From the NCBI GenBank assembly GCA_025456205.1, contig JALOLA010000006.1:10713-74712 (forward strand): 64,000 bases of DNA. The letters run 5' to 3'. Made by a program: the position numbers and the translations under genes. Below the pieces are notes generated by a model. That model saw nothing but the letters and a program-made list of their open reading frames with translations. It ran no database searches and was not told where the DNA came from. Shown here piece after piece: positions 63,643 to 64,000 of this stretch (positions are counted from its first letter, which is position 1; every line of letters begins with the position of its first letter). This stretch comes from Acidobacteriota bacterium. GTDB taxonomy: Bacteria > Acidobacteriota > Aminicenantia > UBA2199.

Positions 63643-64000
63643 ATGAAGTTGTTCCGCGACAGCGATGAACGCCTGGTGGCCGCCGTACTGGCCGGCGATA
63701 CCGCAGCCTGGCAGAAGTTCATCCTGGAGTATTCGCGCTTCATTTACAGCGCCATTGTCAGGTATACCGACGACTACGACGAAAAGATGGCCGTGTACCT
63801 GCATGTCTTGGAAAAGTTGCGCCAGGACCGTTTCGAGCGCCTGCGCCGCTTTTCTTTCCAGGCCAAGCTTTCCACCTGGCTGACCGTCGTGGCCCGGCGC
63901 CTGGCCATCGATTTCCTGCGCGCGCGCTACGGCCGCGACTTTGAACTGAAAAAAGTCCGCGTCGTCTCCATCGACGACGGGAGCGGATACGGGCGGCTGC
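63643..64000 (+). CDS. ECF-type RNA polymerase sigma factor (3' truncated by window)
   Basis: Translated by hand: MKLFRDSDERLVAAVLAGDTAAW...KLSTWLTVVARRLAIDFLR (sigma region 2); absent from the ORF track. Confidence 0.88.
   Translation, partial: MKLFRDSDERLVAAVLAGDTAAWQKFILEYSRFIYSAIVRYTDDYDEKMAVYLHVLEKLRQDRFERLRRFSFQAKLSTWLTVVARRLAIDFLRARYGRDFELKKVRVVSIDDGSGYGRL

Overview
High-GC bacterial chromosomal window with an outer membrane (lpxD, TolC, TonB receptor). Gene content and order resemble Acidobacteriota/Ca. Aminicenantes, which is inference only. It carries housekeeping genes (ligA 3' end, miaB, recN, F0-only atp genes, lpxD, rpsO-pnp, tsaD, pckA, rpmE-prfA-prmC, buk, mtnP, an ECF sigma factor) and two tRNA genes. 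A ~16 kb Wzm/Wzt glycan cluster rich in methyltransferases has a lower-GC core whose edge falls inside wzt. Divergent from it is a cassette of pilin, two O-antigen-ligase/OTase-like genes and a second pilin, with a sigma54 promoter on each pilin. Main oddities: (1) dispersed intergenic 7-nt-period arrays, including a ~180 bp composite palindrome and a shared GCTGAACTCGG leader; (2) a tRNA-Arg(UCG) with a 9-nt tandem duplication of its anticodon loop; (3) atpI frameshifted at a T10 tract overlapping an internal promoter; (4) a UvrA paralog with degenerate ATPase motifs; (5) a GlmU lacking its uridyltransferase motif; (6) several probable leaderless genes and mini-ORF gene remnants. No CRISPR array, integrase or transposase was seen.
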